Part shown: one piece after another, positions 39,662-54,151 of the stretch
Layout of the letters: each line of letters begins with the position of its first letter
Numbering within the stretch: the first letter of the stretch is position 1
Origin: an uncultured Cohaesibacter sp.
GTDB lineage: Bacteria; Pseudomonadota; Alphaproteobacteria; Rhizobiales; Cohaesibacteraceae
Reading direction: 5' to 3'
DNA length: 64,000 bases
Assembly: GCF_963556055.3 (NCBI RefSeq)
Contig: NZ_CAUVYE020000024.1
Span: 10,513-74,512, forward strand
Translations under genes and position numbers: made by a program
The notes under the pieces: generated by a model
What the model was told of the DNA's origin: nothing
What the model saw: only the letters and a program-made list of their open reading frames with translations
The model's database searches: none

Positions 39662-40621
39662 TCAGGAACGGGGATGGGCTTTTTGATAGATATCCATGAG
39701 TTCAGACATTTCTACCTCGGTGTAGGCCTGAGTTGTTGACAGGCTTGCATGCCCGAGAAGTTCCTGGATGGTGCGCAAGTCGCCGCCATTCGCCAGAAGA
39801 TGGGTCGCAAAGGAATGGCGCAAGGCATGCGGTGTGGCACTATCGGGCAGGCCGAGCGACGAGCGCATCGATGCAATGGTTTTCTGAATGATTCTCGGGC
39901 TGAGCGGACCACCGCGGACGCCTCGGAAAAGGGCCTCGTCCGGGTCCAGATCAAACGGGCAGAATGAGACATAATTTTGCAGCGCCGATTGAACGATCGG
40001 TAGAACCGGGAGCCGCCTTTGCTTGCCGCCCTTGCCTGTCACGGTCATGGCATCCTGTCCCGGAAAGGGTGCTGTTTTGGGTGTCAGTGCCAGAGCTTCG
40101 GAAATCCTCAGGCCAACCGCATAAAGAAGAAGCATAACGGCGCTGTCCCGTGCTACGACCCATTGTTCGGTTGCGAGTGACTGTTCGGGGCTGACCAGCC
40201 TTTGCGCTTTTTCCACGCTAAGGGGTTTCGGCAGGGAGCGCGAATATTTGGGGGTTTGAATGGCGTTGAAGGGGGCGCTTTCGGCCAGACCCTTTTCTTC
40301 CAGATACCGAACGAAAGAGCGGATACCGGCAAGGCTGCGGGCCAGGGATCTGGAGGATATGTTGGCACGTCGTCTCTGCGCCATGAAGGCGCGGATATCG
40401 GCGGGGCGCAATCCTGGAAACAGCGCAAGATCAGCGGTTTCACCCATATGCATGGTCAGAAAGGAAAAAAACTGGTCGAGGTCGCGATCATAGGCTTCCA
40501 GTGTTGCATCGGACAGCCGTCTTTCATTGGCAAGACTTTTGAGCCAGCCCTGCTGTTCCTTGCGCAGGGATGGTGTTGCAATGATCAATGGCGAATCGTC
40601 TGTGAGCGGCTTTTTGGACAT
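39662..40621 (-). CDS. xerC: Tyrosine recombinase XerC/XerD family
   Basis: 319 aa with a SAM-like N-domain (LSDATLEAYDRDLDQFFSF). Catalytic residues are ARD...GLRISE, HALRHSFATHLL, LLGHASLSTTQAYT. The XerC versus XerD assignment rests on remembered Rhizobiales synteny (lpdA...xerC...priA-atp). Confidence 0.8.
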   Translation of the reverse strand: MSKKPLTDDSPLIIATPSLRKEQQGWLKSLANERRLSDATLEAYDRDLDQFFSFLTMHMGETADLALFPGLRPADIRAFMAQRRRANISSRSLARSLAGIRSFVRYLEEKGLAESAPFNAIQTPKYSRSLPKPLSVEKAQRLVSPEQSLATEQWVVARDSAVMLLLYAVGLRISEALALTPKTAPFPGQDAMTVTGKGGKQRRLPVLPIVQSALQNYVSFCPFDLDPDEALFRGVRGGPLSPRIIQKTIASMRSSLGLPDSATPHALRHSFATHLLANGGDLRTIQELLGHASLSTTQAYTEVEMSELMDIYQKAHPRS

Positions 40622-40651
40622 GGTTCAGCTCGCTTTCAAACTGGAATGAAA

Positions 40652-40685
40652 TATAAAAACCCCGATGCTGTATTCAGCATCGGGG
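40652..40685 (-). terminator. Rho-independent terminator after transaldolase, immediately upstream of xerC
   Basis: Perfect 11-bp stem CCCCGATGCTG / CAGCATCGGGG with a 4-nt loop. On the minus strand it is followed by TTTTTATATTT. Confidence 0.85.
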
Positions 40686-40787
40686 AGAAGATTTACTTAA
40701 TCTTTAAGGCGTCAATTTGATTGTTTTGCGGCGCTTTTGTGGCCTCTGGCAGTCGCTCGCATCATTGCTTGACGCCCATGGTGTTTC

Positions 40788-41441
40788 TTACAGGATCGAT
40801 TGACCCGTGCTTGCCCAGTCTTTCATGAAGGCATCAAGGCCTTTGTCGGTGAGGGCATGGTTTGCAAGACCCTTGATGACAGCTGGTGGAATGGTTGCCA
40901 CGTCGGCACCTGCCAATGCACATTCTTTCACGTGGTTGGCGGTACGGATGGACGCTGCCAGAATTTCGGTTTCAAAACCGTAATTGTCATAAATGGTGCG
41001 GATGTCTTCGATCAGCTCCATGCCATCGATATTGAGGTCGTCCAGACGCCCGATGAATGGGGAGATGAAGGTGGCACCGGCCTTTGCAGCCAGAAGGGCC
41101 TGGTTGGCAGAGAAGCAGAGAGTCACATTGACCATGTGGCCTTCATCGGTCAGAGCCTTGCAGGTTTTCAAACCATCCAGTGTCAAAGGAACCTTGATCG
41201 CCACATTGTTTGCGATTTTCAGCAATTCCTTTGCTTCGGCGAGCATGGCTTCGGTTTCCAGTGCAGTCACTTCTGCGGAAACCGGACCGTCGGTCAGCCC
41301 GCAAATCTCGGCGATAACTTCTTTGAAATCACGTCCGGACTTGACGATCAGTGATGGGTTGGTGGTAACACCGTCAATAAGACCGGTGGATGCCAGTTCG
41401 CGAATATCTTTGGTATCAGCAGTATCGACGAAGAATTTCAT
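40788..41441 (-). CDS. tal: Transaldolase / fructose-6-phosphate aldolase family (short type)
   Basis: GAGGA RBS precedes ATG 41441. [32 protein letters not shown]...; 217 aa. The track ORF extends to 41525. Confidence 0.93.
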   Translation of the reverse strand: MKFFVDTADTKDIRELASTGLIDGVTTNPSLIVKSGRDFKEVIAEICGLTDGPVSAEVTALETEAMLAEAKELLKIANNVAIKVPLTLDGLKTCKALTDEGHMVNVTLCFSANQALLAAKAGATFISPFIGRLDDLNIDGMELIEDIRTIYDNYGFETEILAASIRTANHVKECALAGADVATIPPAVIKGLANHALTDKGLDAFMKDWASTGQSIL

Positions 41442-41608
41442 TGTCCTCAGTGCTCCGTTTCCGTTAGCCATGTATACTTGCGAGAACCGAATTGGAAATC
41501 GCAGACGGAATGTCATATGTTCCATAAACCAAAGTTTTAGGTGCGTCAGCCCCGTTCAAAGGTATAAGTCATTTATTTTGTATGATGAAATAAATAAAAG
41601 GGATCATC

Positions 41609-43825
41609 TTGTCGTTAATATGCCAAATTGTCTCAGTTCTTGTGCCTGTCTATGTGGATAGTTGCTACAGCTATCGCGTTCGTGCACGGGGTTTGGAACT
41701 TTTTGATGAAGCGGCGGGAGAGGGGACAGACGTCAGGATCGAACCGGGGCAAGTGGTCAGGGTGCCTTTGGGACCACGATCCGTGCTTGGTGTGGTGTGG
41801 GATGACGCGAGCGAATTCTCCGACGAATCGCGACTCAAGGATATCGAGCATGTTTATGATGGCGTGGTCCTGAGCGGCGATTTTCGAAAATTCATCGATT
41901 GGATTGCGCAATATACGCTTGCCCAGCGCGGTATGGTTCTACGCATGGTTCTGCGAGGGGAAGACGCGCTTCTGCCTCCCAAACCCGTTTCGGCGTTACG
42001 CTTTATCGGAGATGCTCCGGAGCGTATGACAAAGGCGCGTGCGCGAGTTCTTGAGGCGATGGCGGGGGGATTGGCAGAGACCAAGTCTGATATTGCCGAG
42101 CGGTGCGGCGTGTCTGCTTCCGTCATCGATGGACTGGTCAAATCCGGCACGCTCTCCATGTGTGAACTGCCTGCCCCTGTTCTCATGGAGCCTCCGCAGG
42201 CGAATTTCTCGCCACCTTCCTTGTCCGAAATGCAGGACAGTGCGGCTGCGGAGCTGCGCCGAATCGTCAAAGAGCAGCAATTTGCCGGAGTGCTGCTCGA
42301 TGGTGTGACGGGTTCCGGCAAGACGGAGGTCTATTTCGAGGCGGTGGCCGAGGTGCTGGACCAGGGCAAGCAGGTGCTGATCATGGTGCCTGAAATTGCC
42401 CTGACCGATGCATTCCTCAAGCGTTTCGAAGCGCGGTTCGGTGTATGCCCCGGTGAGTGGCATTCCGGTCAGTCCCAGCGCTACAAGAATCTGATCTGGC
42501 GTGGCGTTGCGACAGGAGACGTGCGGGTTGTTGTCGGCGCGCGCTCTTCGCTGATGCTGCCCTTTCAGAATCTGGGGTTGATTGTCGTCGATGAAGAGCA
42601 TGATGGCGCCTACAAGCAGGAAGACCGGGTGATCTATAATGCCCGCGACATGGCTGTTGTTCGGGGGCACTTGTCCGGTTTTCCGGTCATTCTGGCCAGT
42701 GCGACTCCCTCGGTCGAGAGCCGTAACAATGCCGATCTTGGACGCTATGAGCATATAAGGCTGCCCAGCCGTTTCGGTGGGCAGTCTATGCCGGACATCA
42801 CGCTCATCGATATGAGAGCCGATCCTCCCGAGAAGGGTAGCTGGCTGTCGCCTCTTCTGGTGCAGGCGGTTGATGAAACGCTTGAGGCGAAGCAGCAGAG
42901 CCTGCTGTTCCTCAATCGGCGAGGCTATGCGCCTCTGACGCTGTGCCGCACCTGCGGGCATCGCTTTCAGTGCCCGAATTGCTCGACATGGCTGGTCGAA
43001 CACCGATTTCGCAAGCAATTGGTTTGTCACCATTGCGGCCATACGGAAGCGGTCCCACCTGTCTGTCCACAGTGTGGCGATGAGCATAGTCTCGTGGCCT
43101 GTGGTCCCGGAGTCGAGCGAATTGCCGAAGAGGCCGCGAGCCGGTGGCCGGATCGACGTATCGTGATTCTTTCAAGCGATCTCATCCATGGTGTGCAACA
43201 GCTGCGAGCGGAATTGGAGCTGGTTTCCTCGGGCAAGGCAGACATCGTAATAGGCACACAATTGGTTGCAAAGGGACATAATTTCCCGGCAATGACCCTT
43301 GTGGGGGTGATCGATGCGGATTTGGGGCTTGCCCATGGCGACCTGCGTGCTGGTGAAAAAGTCTTTCAGACTTTAGCCCAAGTGACGGGTCGGGCCGGGC
43401 GCTTGCATGGACAAGGACGCGGTTTTTTGCAGAGCTATATACCGGATCATCCAGTTATTGCTGCGCTTGCGAAGGGCGATCGGGAAGAGTTTTACACATA
43501 TGAATTAGACCAACGTCGCAAAGCAGCCATGCCACCTTTTGGAAGACTGGCGTCCGTCATCTTGTCCTGTGAGCACAGGGAGGCCGCTCTGGCCTATGGT
43601 CGGGATATGATCCGGGCGGTTCCTCACACCGAAGGCGTGAGGGTGCTTGGGCCTGCGGAAGCCCCGCTTTCTGTGCTTCGCGGGCGTTTTCGCTTTCGTC
43701 TGCTTGTCAGTGCTCCCAGAAATTTTCCGCTGTCTCAATGGCTTCGTCAGTGGCTTCAAGACTGCCCCAAAACCACAGGATCTTTACGTATACAAATTGA
43801 TGTAGACCCGGTGTCTTTCGTTTAG
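41609..43825 (+). CDS. priA: Primosomal replication protein N' (PriA helicase)
   Basis: 738 aa with Walker A LLDGVTGSGKTEVY, DEEH box VVDEEHD and Cys-rich zinc motifs CRTCGHRFQCPNCS...CHHCGH...CPQCG. TTG 41609 follows AAGGGA at 5-nt spacing; the start is somewhat uncertain. Confidence 0.93.
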   Translation: MSLICQIVSVLVPVYVDSCYSYRVRARGLELFDEAAGEGTDVRIEPGQVVRVPLGPRSVLGVVWDDASEFSDESRLKDIEHVYDGVVLSGDFRKFIDWIAQYTLAQRGMVLRMVLRGEDALLPPKPVSALRFIGDAPERMTKARARVLEAMAGGLAETKSDIAERCGVSASVIDGLVKSGTLSMCELPAPVLMEPPQANFSPPSLSEMQDSAAAELRRIVKEQQFAGVLLDGVTGSGKTEVYFEAVAEVLDQGKQVLIMVPEIALTDAFLKRFEARFGVCPGEWHSGQSQRYKNLIWRGVATGDVRVVVGARSSLMLPFQNLGLIVVDEEHDGAYKQEDRVIYNARDMAVVRGHLSGFPVILASATPSVESRNNADLGRYEHIRLPSRFGGQSMPDITLIDMRADPPEKGSWLSPLLVQAVDETLEAKQQSLLFLNRRGYAPLTLCRTCGHRFQCPNCSTWLVEHRFRKQLVCHHCGHTEAVPPVCPQCGDEHSLVACGPGVERIAEEAASRWPDRRIVILSSDLIHGVQQLRAELELVSSGKADIVIGTQLVAKGHNFPAMTLVGVIDADLGLAHGDLRAGEKVFQTLAQVTGRAGRLHGQGRGFLQSYIPDHPVIAALAKGDREEFYTYELDQRRKAAMPPFGRLASVILSCEHREAALAYGRDMIRAVPHTEGVRVLGPAEAPLSVLRGRFRFRLLVSAPRNFPLSQWLRQWLQDCPKTTGSLRIQIDVDPVSFV

Positions 43826-44062
43826 AAAATGCGGATTGCAGAATAAGGATTTTAGTGTACAAAATGCTTTGTCCATCGTGTTTTAGGCACGATTTAAGAC
43901 TTTTGACTTTGATCCCAATGTTGCGCATGCTCATTGCTTGTGCTAGACGAGCTAGCGGTTTCAGGGTTAAACATCCCCGGACAGATGAGACATACTCCCA
44001 GTAAGGCAGTGGGTCCTCATAGTGGTCTTCGCCTTAAATTGAATGTTGGGAGCATTCTCCAA

Positions 44063-46170
<2,108 letters not shown>

Positions 46171-46201
46171 ATGTTGAGACTGACGGGGAACGGAGGCTAT
46201 T

Positions 46202-48540
<2,339 letters not shown>

Positions 48541-48684
48541 GCAATGTCACTCCATTAAGGGCATGTCGATTGGTCAAGCGACATTCGGCATGCTCCTACT
48601 GTTTGTCAAGGCGCGATTCATTTTCCGGCCCGCGAGGGCTTGACGGGAAAGCGCGCGCAAGCGGGAAGAAAGTAGGTATTTGTT

Positions 48685-49089
48685 ATGGCCAATGCTTTCA
48701 GCTTTGAACTTGTATCACCAGAGAGGCTTGTTCTTTCTGAGGCCTGCGTTGCGGTTATCGTACCAGGGTCCGACGGTTACTTCACCGTACTCGACGATCA
48801 TGCTCCCGTGATAGCGTCTATCGGTCCGGGAATTCTCGAGGCTCAACTGGAAGATGGCAGCCGCCGCGATATTTATGTTCGTGGTGGTTTTGCTGATGTG
48901 AATGGCGGCAGTTTGAAGGTTCTGGTAGAGCAGGCTTTGCCTGTTGAAGAACTGGATCACGAAAAGGTCGTTGAACTCATCAAGGCCGCGGAACAAGATA
49001 TCGAGGACGCCGAGAATGCGGACCTGCGGCAAGAAGCAGAATTGCGATTGGCGCGTCTTAAAAAAATTCAGGGTGCTGTCGACAAGTAA
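48685..49089 (+). CDS. atpC: F1 ATP synthase epsilon subunit
   Basis: 134 aa, last gene of atpHAGDC, followed by a terminator. Confidence 0.93.
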   Translation: MANAFSFELVSPERLVLSEACVAVIVPGSDGYFTVLDDHAPVIASIGPGILEAQLEDGSRRDIYVRGGFADVNGGSLKVLVEQALPVEELDHEKVVELIKAAEQDIEDAENADLRQEAELRLARLKKIQGAVDK

Positions 49090-49118
49090 CGCCACTATTC
49101 CATTTATGAACTGCATGA

Positions 49119-49150
49119 ACCGTGGGTATTTACCCGCGGTTTTTTATTTC
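49119..49150 (+). terminator. Rho-independent terminator of the atp operon
   Basis: Stem ACCGTGGGT / ACCCGCGGT (one G-U pair) followed by TTTTTTATTT. Confidence 0.8.
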
Positions 49151-49409
49151 AAACTTCAAAATATTTGAAATCAATAAAACTGACATAGACAAAACTACAT
49201 AGCTGATCCGTATTAGTAAAGTTTGACAATCCCTGTAATTTATTACAATAAAGAAATGATTTTATCTTATGATTTTATGACTTTTACTTTGTTATAGATA
49301 ACAAATCTCCGAATTTTAAGGAAAAATTTACCATACATTCAAATATTATTCTTTATCGAAGTGTGTGCGTCAAACCCGTCTTTTCCAAACAATAATGGGG
49401 GCATGAACA

Positions 49410-51500
49410 ATGTCGGATAGTTCCGTAGTTTCGGATCTCGCGAGTGGACAAGGGGCCACTCTTTCGCCGAATTCCAAAAAAAAATCCCTGGCCTTTTCAA
49501 ACATGAAAATCGGTTACCGAATATTTGGTGGGTTCATTTTCGTGCTTCTGATTATCGCTGGGCTCTCGACATTCTCATACCGTAGCCTCAATCAGCTGGA
49601 CGCGAATTTCGAGCATTATGGTGACTTCGCGGCAGACGCCGTTCTTGCCACCAACCTCAAGACCCAACTTACAAATGTGCAGCTTTCTGCCCTGAACTTC
49701 ATGTCCACGGCGACACCTGAGAATGAAAAGAAATTCAAGGATGAATATCGTGTGCTGGAAGAAATTCTCGCTCAGGTGCACGAAGAGATCCACAATTCGG
49801 ATCGTGTGAGCCGGATCGAAAAGATTGACGAGAATCTGGCCACCTACAAGGCCGGTTTTGAGCGGTTGGTCGAGTTGATGAATTTGCGGAATCTGACGAT
49901 CTACACCACGATGGCAAAAATTGGCAACGAGGTGAATGACAGGGTCAACAATATCAACCAAAGTCTCTCGACGTCCATGGACAGCACTCTGGCTCTGCAT
50001 GCAGCGAAAATTCAGGAAAACATGCTCAAGGGGCGTTTGAACATCATGAAGTATGTCGATGACAACAAGTCAGAGACAGCTGATAGTGTCATTAAGAATT
50101 TTGAAGACTTGCGCACTCACGAACAAATACTTAGAAGAAAGCTTCCCTCAGGGCCGGTTACAAGCGACCTGACTGCCTTGATCAAGAAGCTGGATGAATA
50201 TGAGAAGTCGGTTGAACTGTTGCGGCAGACGATTGACGAGCGGAATAGCGTGCGTGTGGAAACGCTCAATGGCAAGGCAAATGAAATTCTGACTCTGGCT
50301 TCAGAAATCGTCGTTTCCCTGACCAAAGACAGCAAGTCGATCGAGGGCACCGTGCAATCAAGCTTTGATAGCACACGTGAGCTTACATTGATTGTCAGCA
50401 TCGTTGCCATTGTCATCGGCCTTGTTGCAGCCTTCCTGATTTCAAACAGCATTACCAAACCCGTGATCTCACTCACAAAAGTGATGCAATTGCTCTCCAA
50501 CAACAATCTTGAAGTCGATGTGGTCGGCAAGGACAGGGGAGATGAGGTGGGCCAGATGGCTGGTGCCGTCGAAATCTTCAAGCAAAATGCCATTCGTACC
50601 AAGCAGCTGGAAGCAGAACAGGAAGAGCAGGCCAAACGCGCCGAACTTGAAAAACGCGCCATGATGGAAAAAATGGCAGATAATTTCAACGAGCATATCG
50701 GCGGAATCATTGATAGCGTGTCTACCGCTTCCGTGCAGCTCAATTCGAGCGCCAGCTCGATGGCTGAAGCTTCGGAACAGACCGAACATCAGGTGTCAGA
50801 GGTTTCGGCAGCTTCCGAGCAGACCTCCAGCAATGTTCAGACTGTTGCAACTGCGACTGAGGAAATGACCAGCACGATTGCTGAAATCAGTCAGCAGGTC
50901 AAACAGGCGTCGCAGTCCGCTAAAGATGCTGTTGGCAAGGTTGATGCGACGAATGAGCAGATGGTCTTGCTCGCACAGAATTCGACCAAAATCGGTGAAG
51001 TCATCGAGATGATTTCCCAGATTGCCGAACAGACCAACCTGTTGGCGCTTAATGCAACGATCGAATCTGCCCGCGCTGGCGAAGCTGGCAAGGGATTTGC
51101 GGTGGTTGCAGGCGAAGTCAAAGAACTTGCTGGCCAAACCGCCAAGGCGACAGATGAAATCGCGCATCAAATTCATGAGATTCAGTCTGGTACTGAAAAA
51201 GCGTCCCTGTCGATGCAGGATGTCAGTCATGTCATCGAACAGCTCGACATTTTCACCGCGACGATTGCGACCGCTATGGAGCAGCAGACCGGTGCGACCA
51301 ACGAAATCTCAAATAGTATTCAACAGGCCGCACGCGGGACCGAGATTGTCAATGGAAGCATCTCAACAGTTTCCGTTGCTTCTCAGAAGTCTGCGCAGGA
51401 AGCCAACCAGGTCATGCAAGCATCAAGCGAGCTGCAAAAACAGTCCGAGTTCCTGAAGGAAGAGGTCAACAGCTTCATTACGCATATCCGCCAGGGTTAG
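49410..51500 (+). CDS. Methyl-accepting chemotaxis protein, paralog 1 (long helical periplasmic sensor, HAMP, MA domain)
   Basis: 696 aa. TM1 spans about aa 38-57, followed by a periplasmic region of about 265 aa rich in heptad-like helices, then TM2 ([24 protein letters not shown]) and a HAMP domain. The signalling hairpin is [43 protein letters not shown]. Confidence 0.93.
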   Translation: MSDSSVVSDLASGQGATLSPNSKKKSLAFSNMKIGYRIFGGFIFVLLIIAGLSTFSYRSLNQLDANFEHYGDFAADAVLATNLKTQLTNVQLSALNFMSTATPENEKKFKDEYRVLEEILAQVHEEIHNSDRVSRIEKIDENLATYKAGFERLVELMNLRNLTIYTTMAKIGNEVNDRVNNINQSLSTSMDSTLALHAAKIQENMLKGRLNIMKYVDDNKSETADSVIKNFEDLRTHEQILRRKLPSGPVTSDLTALIKKLDEYEKSVELLRQTIDERNSVRVETLNGKANEILTLASEIVVSLTKDSKSIEGTVQSSFDSTRELTLIVSIVAIVIGLVAAFLISNSITKPVISLTKVMQLLSNNNLEVDVVGKDRGDEVGQMAGAVEIFKQNAIRTKQLEAEQEEQAKRAELEKRAMMEKMADNFNEHIGGIIDSVSTASVQLNSSASSMAEASEQTEHQVSEVSAASEQTSSNVQTVATATEEMTSTIAEISQQVKQASQSAKDAVGKVDATNEQMVLLAQNSTKIGEVIEMISQIAEQTNLLALNATIESARAGEAGKGFAVVAGEVKELAGQTAKATDEIAHQIHEIQSGTEKASLSMQDVSHVIEQLDIFTATIATAMEQQTGATNEISNSIQQAARGTEIVNGSISTVSVASQKSAQEANQVMQASSELQKQSEFLKEEVNSFITHIRQG

Positions 51501-51583
51501 CATGATGGCTTCTGCGCATCCTCAGCACCTGTCACCGTGAATGGCGACAGGTGAAGGATCAGGAAATCTTGACACTAAATCAT

Positions 51584-51618
51584 TGCCGCGGGTCGACAGG
51601 CTCGCGGCATTTATTTTG
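51584..51618 (+). terminator. Rho-independent terminator after MCP paralog 1
   Basis: Stem TGCCGCG / CGCGGCA followed by TTTATTTTGG. It is preceded by a second GC-rich hairpin, CACCTGTC...GACAGGTG, at 51526-51553. Confidence 0.6.
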
Positions 51619-51829
51619 GTATTTGACTGCCGAGTGCGCATTTCATTTCTCAGTTTTACATATTCAAATATAATAAACGTAACTGTAAGTATTTATATTA
51701 TAAATGCTTTTTGGCAATAATTCTGTTCAGGTCTGTCGCTATCCTTATCCGAAATATTGGTTTCTGCCGTATAAATCGGTAATTATAACAATTAATAAAC
51801 TAAATATGTCATTTTGCATCAATCGGTTA

Positions 51830-51874
51830 TTAAGACAATCTTAATTCGCCAGCAATTGTTAATCTTTTGTTAAC
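51830..51874 (+). promoter_or_regulatory. Two CtrA-type boxes (TTAA-N7-TTAA) upstream of MCP paralog 2
   Basis: TTAAGACAATCTTAA lies at 51830-51844 and TTAATCTTTTGTTAAC at 51859-51874. The latter is an exact TTAA-N7-TTAAC match about 70 nt upstream of ATG 51944. The region is AT-rich, so chance matches are possible. Confidence 0.35.
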
Positions 51875-51943
51875 CATAATTAGAAAGCTTGAATTGCAGT
51901 GACTACTATTCGCTCTTTTTAGTTTTGTTTGGAGACACAAGGG

Positions 51944-54049
51944 ATGTCGTTGCAGACCGGGGCTATTGTATCAGACGCAAACTTGTCAGCTATCACCAGC
52001 AGACCTGCGGAGCAGGCGTCTTCGAAGAAGTCGATGGGCTTCAAGATCGGGCACAGAATCTATTTGGGATTCACGATCGTCCTACTTCTGCTGGTAGGCA
52101 TGACGGTGTATGGGGCTCTGCAAATGGCGAGCCTTGAAAAGAGGATCGTTTTCTATGGAGACAAGGCGGGCGACGCATTGCTTGTTTCCGATTTTCAGCG
52201 CGCCGTTTTGGAAACTCAACTGGCAGCGCGTGAATATGTTGCAACCATTACGCCCGAGGGGGCGAAAGAGGCTGCGATACGCTTCAATTCTCAATATGAC
52301 AACGTTCTCAATCTCATGGTTGACGCAAAGGGAGAACTACAGCAGCCTGATCGCGTCGCGCTTCTGAACAAGATTGATGATCATCTCAATTCGTACAAAA
52401 CGGGCTTTTCCGACATTACGAGGCACAAAGGGAAGTTTCACACTTTGCTCTATGATGTGATAGCCCCTGCCGGGACGAGGGTTATGGAGGCGCTCGACTC
52501 CATTCGTGAAAATGCCTTTGACAGCAATCAGATTGTGGTGATGGACAGAGTTGCCGATGCAGAGAAACACCTATTGCTGGCACGCCTGTTCGTTATGAAA
52601 TACTGGGCTGACAGCAACAGGAAGTCCGCGGATCTTGTGAATGACAATCTTAGAAGCCTTGAGAAAAAGCTTAAGGAAATCAAAGGACTTCTGGCGGGTT
52701 CTGCGCAGCTTGACCTTATTGAAGAGGCTTTGAACAAGGAAGATCTCTACCGGACATCATTCGAGATGATGTTCCAGTCGATCGAGGAAAGCAATCAGAT
52801 CCGTGAGCAAACGCTCGATCTTGGAGCATCGGACATTCTGGCGAAGTCGAGGGACATTACCGCTTTGGCAAAAGCGGATGAGGAAAGCACGCAGGCCGAA
52901 GTGAATGCGCAGATCCATTCCACGCAAATGATGCTGATTGTCGTGGGCGTGGTTGCCGTGTTCGTGGGGCTCGTCAGCGCCTTTATCATTGCGCGGGGGA
53001 TCACCAAGCCGGTTCTGACGCTCACCACGGTGATGGCACGGCTGGCCCATAATGACCTCACGGTCAAGATTCTCGGCTCTGAACGTGGCGATGAGATCGG
53101 GCAAATGGCCTCGGCGGTAGAAGTCTTCAAGCTCAATGCCATCAGGGCACGGGATCTTGAGGCCGAACAGGAAGAACAGGCGCGGCGCGCCGAAGAAGAA
53201 AAGCGGGCGATGATGCTCAAGATGGCAGATGATTTTGATGCCCATGTCGGCGGTATCGTACAGTCCGTCTCTTCCGCGTCCGAAGAGCTCAATGCCAGTG
53301 CCAAGTCCATGGCCGATGTTTCCGAGCGGACGGAAAAGCAGGTGACGCAGGCTTCTGCTGCTTCCCAGCAGACATCGGGCAACGTTCAAACCGTGGCGAG
53401 TGCGACCGAGGAGATGACAAGCACGATTGGCGAGATCAGCGAGCAGGTCTTGCAGGCGTCGAAATCGGCGCGTGAAGCGGTCAACAAGGTCAACTTCACC
53501 ACGAAGCAGATGACGATGCTTGCAGAAACGTCATCCAAGATTGGCAAGGTCGTCGAGATGATCTCGAGCATTGCAGAGCAAACCAACCTTCTGGCTCTGA
53601 ATGCCACGATCGAGTCCGCACGGGCTGGGGAAGCTGGCAAGGGATTTGCCGTGGTAGCCGGTGAAGTGAAGGCGCTGGCAGGGCAGACGGCCAAGGCGAC
53701 CGATGAAATCGCTCAACAGATCGAGGAAATTCAGACGGCAACGGGAGAAGCCTCGACCTCGATGCAGGAAGTCAGCCACGTTATTCAGAGTCTTGATGAA
53801 ATCTCGACAGCAATCGCCTCGGCAATGGAAGAGCAAAATGCGGCGACGAAAGAGATTTCCGGCAGCATTTTCCATGCCGCACAGGGAACCGAAGTGGTCA
53901 ATGAGAATATCGAGTCCGTTTCCAGAGCATCTCAGGAAGCGGCGGCGGCATCCACTCAGGTCATGTCCGCTGCTGTCGAGCTTGGCAAGCAATCGAGCAT
54001 TCTTCAGGCCGAAGTCGAGAAGTTCATCGCCAAGGTGCGGGAAGGATGA
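51944..54049 (+). CDS. Methyl-accepting chemotaxis protein, paralog 2
   Basis: GGAGA RBS precedes ATG 51944 (the track ORF starts at TTG 51929); 701 aa. It has the same architecture as paralog 1. The cytoplasmic half is highly similar, with [33 protein letters not shown] identical, while the periplasmic half has diverged. Confidence 0.93.
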   Translation: MSLQTGAIVSDANLSAITSRPAEQASSKKSMGFKIGHRIYLGFTIVLLLLVGMTVYGALQMASLEKRIVFYGDKAGDALLVSDFQRAVLETQLAAREYVATITPEGAKEAAIRFNSQYDNVLNLMVDAKGELQQPDRVALLNKIDDHLNSYKTGFSDITRHKGKFHTLLYDVIAPAGTRVMEALDSIRENAFDSNQIVVMDRVADAEKHLLLARLFVMKYWADSNRKSADLVNDNLRSLEKKLKEIKGLLAGSAQLDLIEEALNKEDLYRTSFEMMFQSIEESNQIREQTLDLGASDILAKSRDITALAKADEESTQAEVNAQIHSTQMMLIVVGVVAVFVGLVSAFIIARGITKPVLTLTTVMARLAHNDLTVKILGSERGDEIGQMASAVEVFKLNAIRARDLEAEQEEQARRAEEEKRAMMLKMADDFDAHVGGIVQSVSSASEELNASAKSMADVSERTEKQVTQASAASQQTSGNVQTVASATEEMTSTIGEISEQVLQASKSAREAVNKVNFTTKQMTMLAETSSKIGKVVEMISSIAEQTNLLALNATIESARAGEAGKGFAVVAGEVKALAGQTAKATDEIAQQIEEIQTATGEASTSMQEVSHVIQSLDEISTAIASAMEEQNAATKEISGSIFHAAQGTEVVNENIESVSRASQEAAAASTQVMSAAVELGKQSSILQAEVEKFIAKVREG

Positions 54050-54066
54050 TTTGAAGGGTGAGCGCG

Positions 54067-54110
54067 AAAAGGCTGCCTCTCTTCATGGGAGAGCAGCCTT
54101 TTTTGCTTTT
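54067..54110. terminator. Bidirectional terminator between convergent MCP2 and rppH
   Basis: 10-bp stem GGCTGC(C)TCTC / GAGAGCAGCC with a one-base bulge. It is flanked by AAAA on the left and TTTTTGCTTTT on the right. Confidence 0.8.
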
Positions 54111-54151
54111 CAGTCAGACTTGCAGGCTTGAGCAAAGGGTGGGCTCGGTCG

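Noticed and set aside
39662-40621. The tyrosine recombinase as a phage or island integrase marking a mobile element, with the AT-rich DNA and orphan secreted gene next to it.
   Set aside because: The protein has XerC/XerD-type architecture and sits in the conserved lpdA...xerC...tal-priA-atp neighbourhood. No tRNA, direct repeats or other mobile genes flank it.
41609-41661. A possible tenth homopolymer frameshift at the priA 5' end. ATG 41620 is one base out of frame, and deleting one A or T would give MPIVSVLVPVYVD...
   Set aside because: The in-frame TTG at 41609 has an AAGGGA Shine-Dalgarno at 5-nt spacing, which explains the gene without invoking an error. Kept only as a start-site uncertainty.
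51686-51706. An AT-rich sequence, AAGTATTTATATTATAAATGC, that superficially resembles the central TATATTAT part of a dif site. xerC is nearby.
   Set aside because: The flanking XerC and XerD arms do not match the conserved GGTGCGCATAA / TTATGTTAAAT arms. The similarity is explained by AT-richness.
49090-54150. The MCP pair as a horizontally acquired island.
   Set aside because: There are no mobility genes, flanking direct repeats or tRNA. The coding regions look compositionally like their neighbours; only the intergenic DNA is AT-rich. The pair is better described as a lineage-specific insertion or duplication of unknown origin (see findings).
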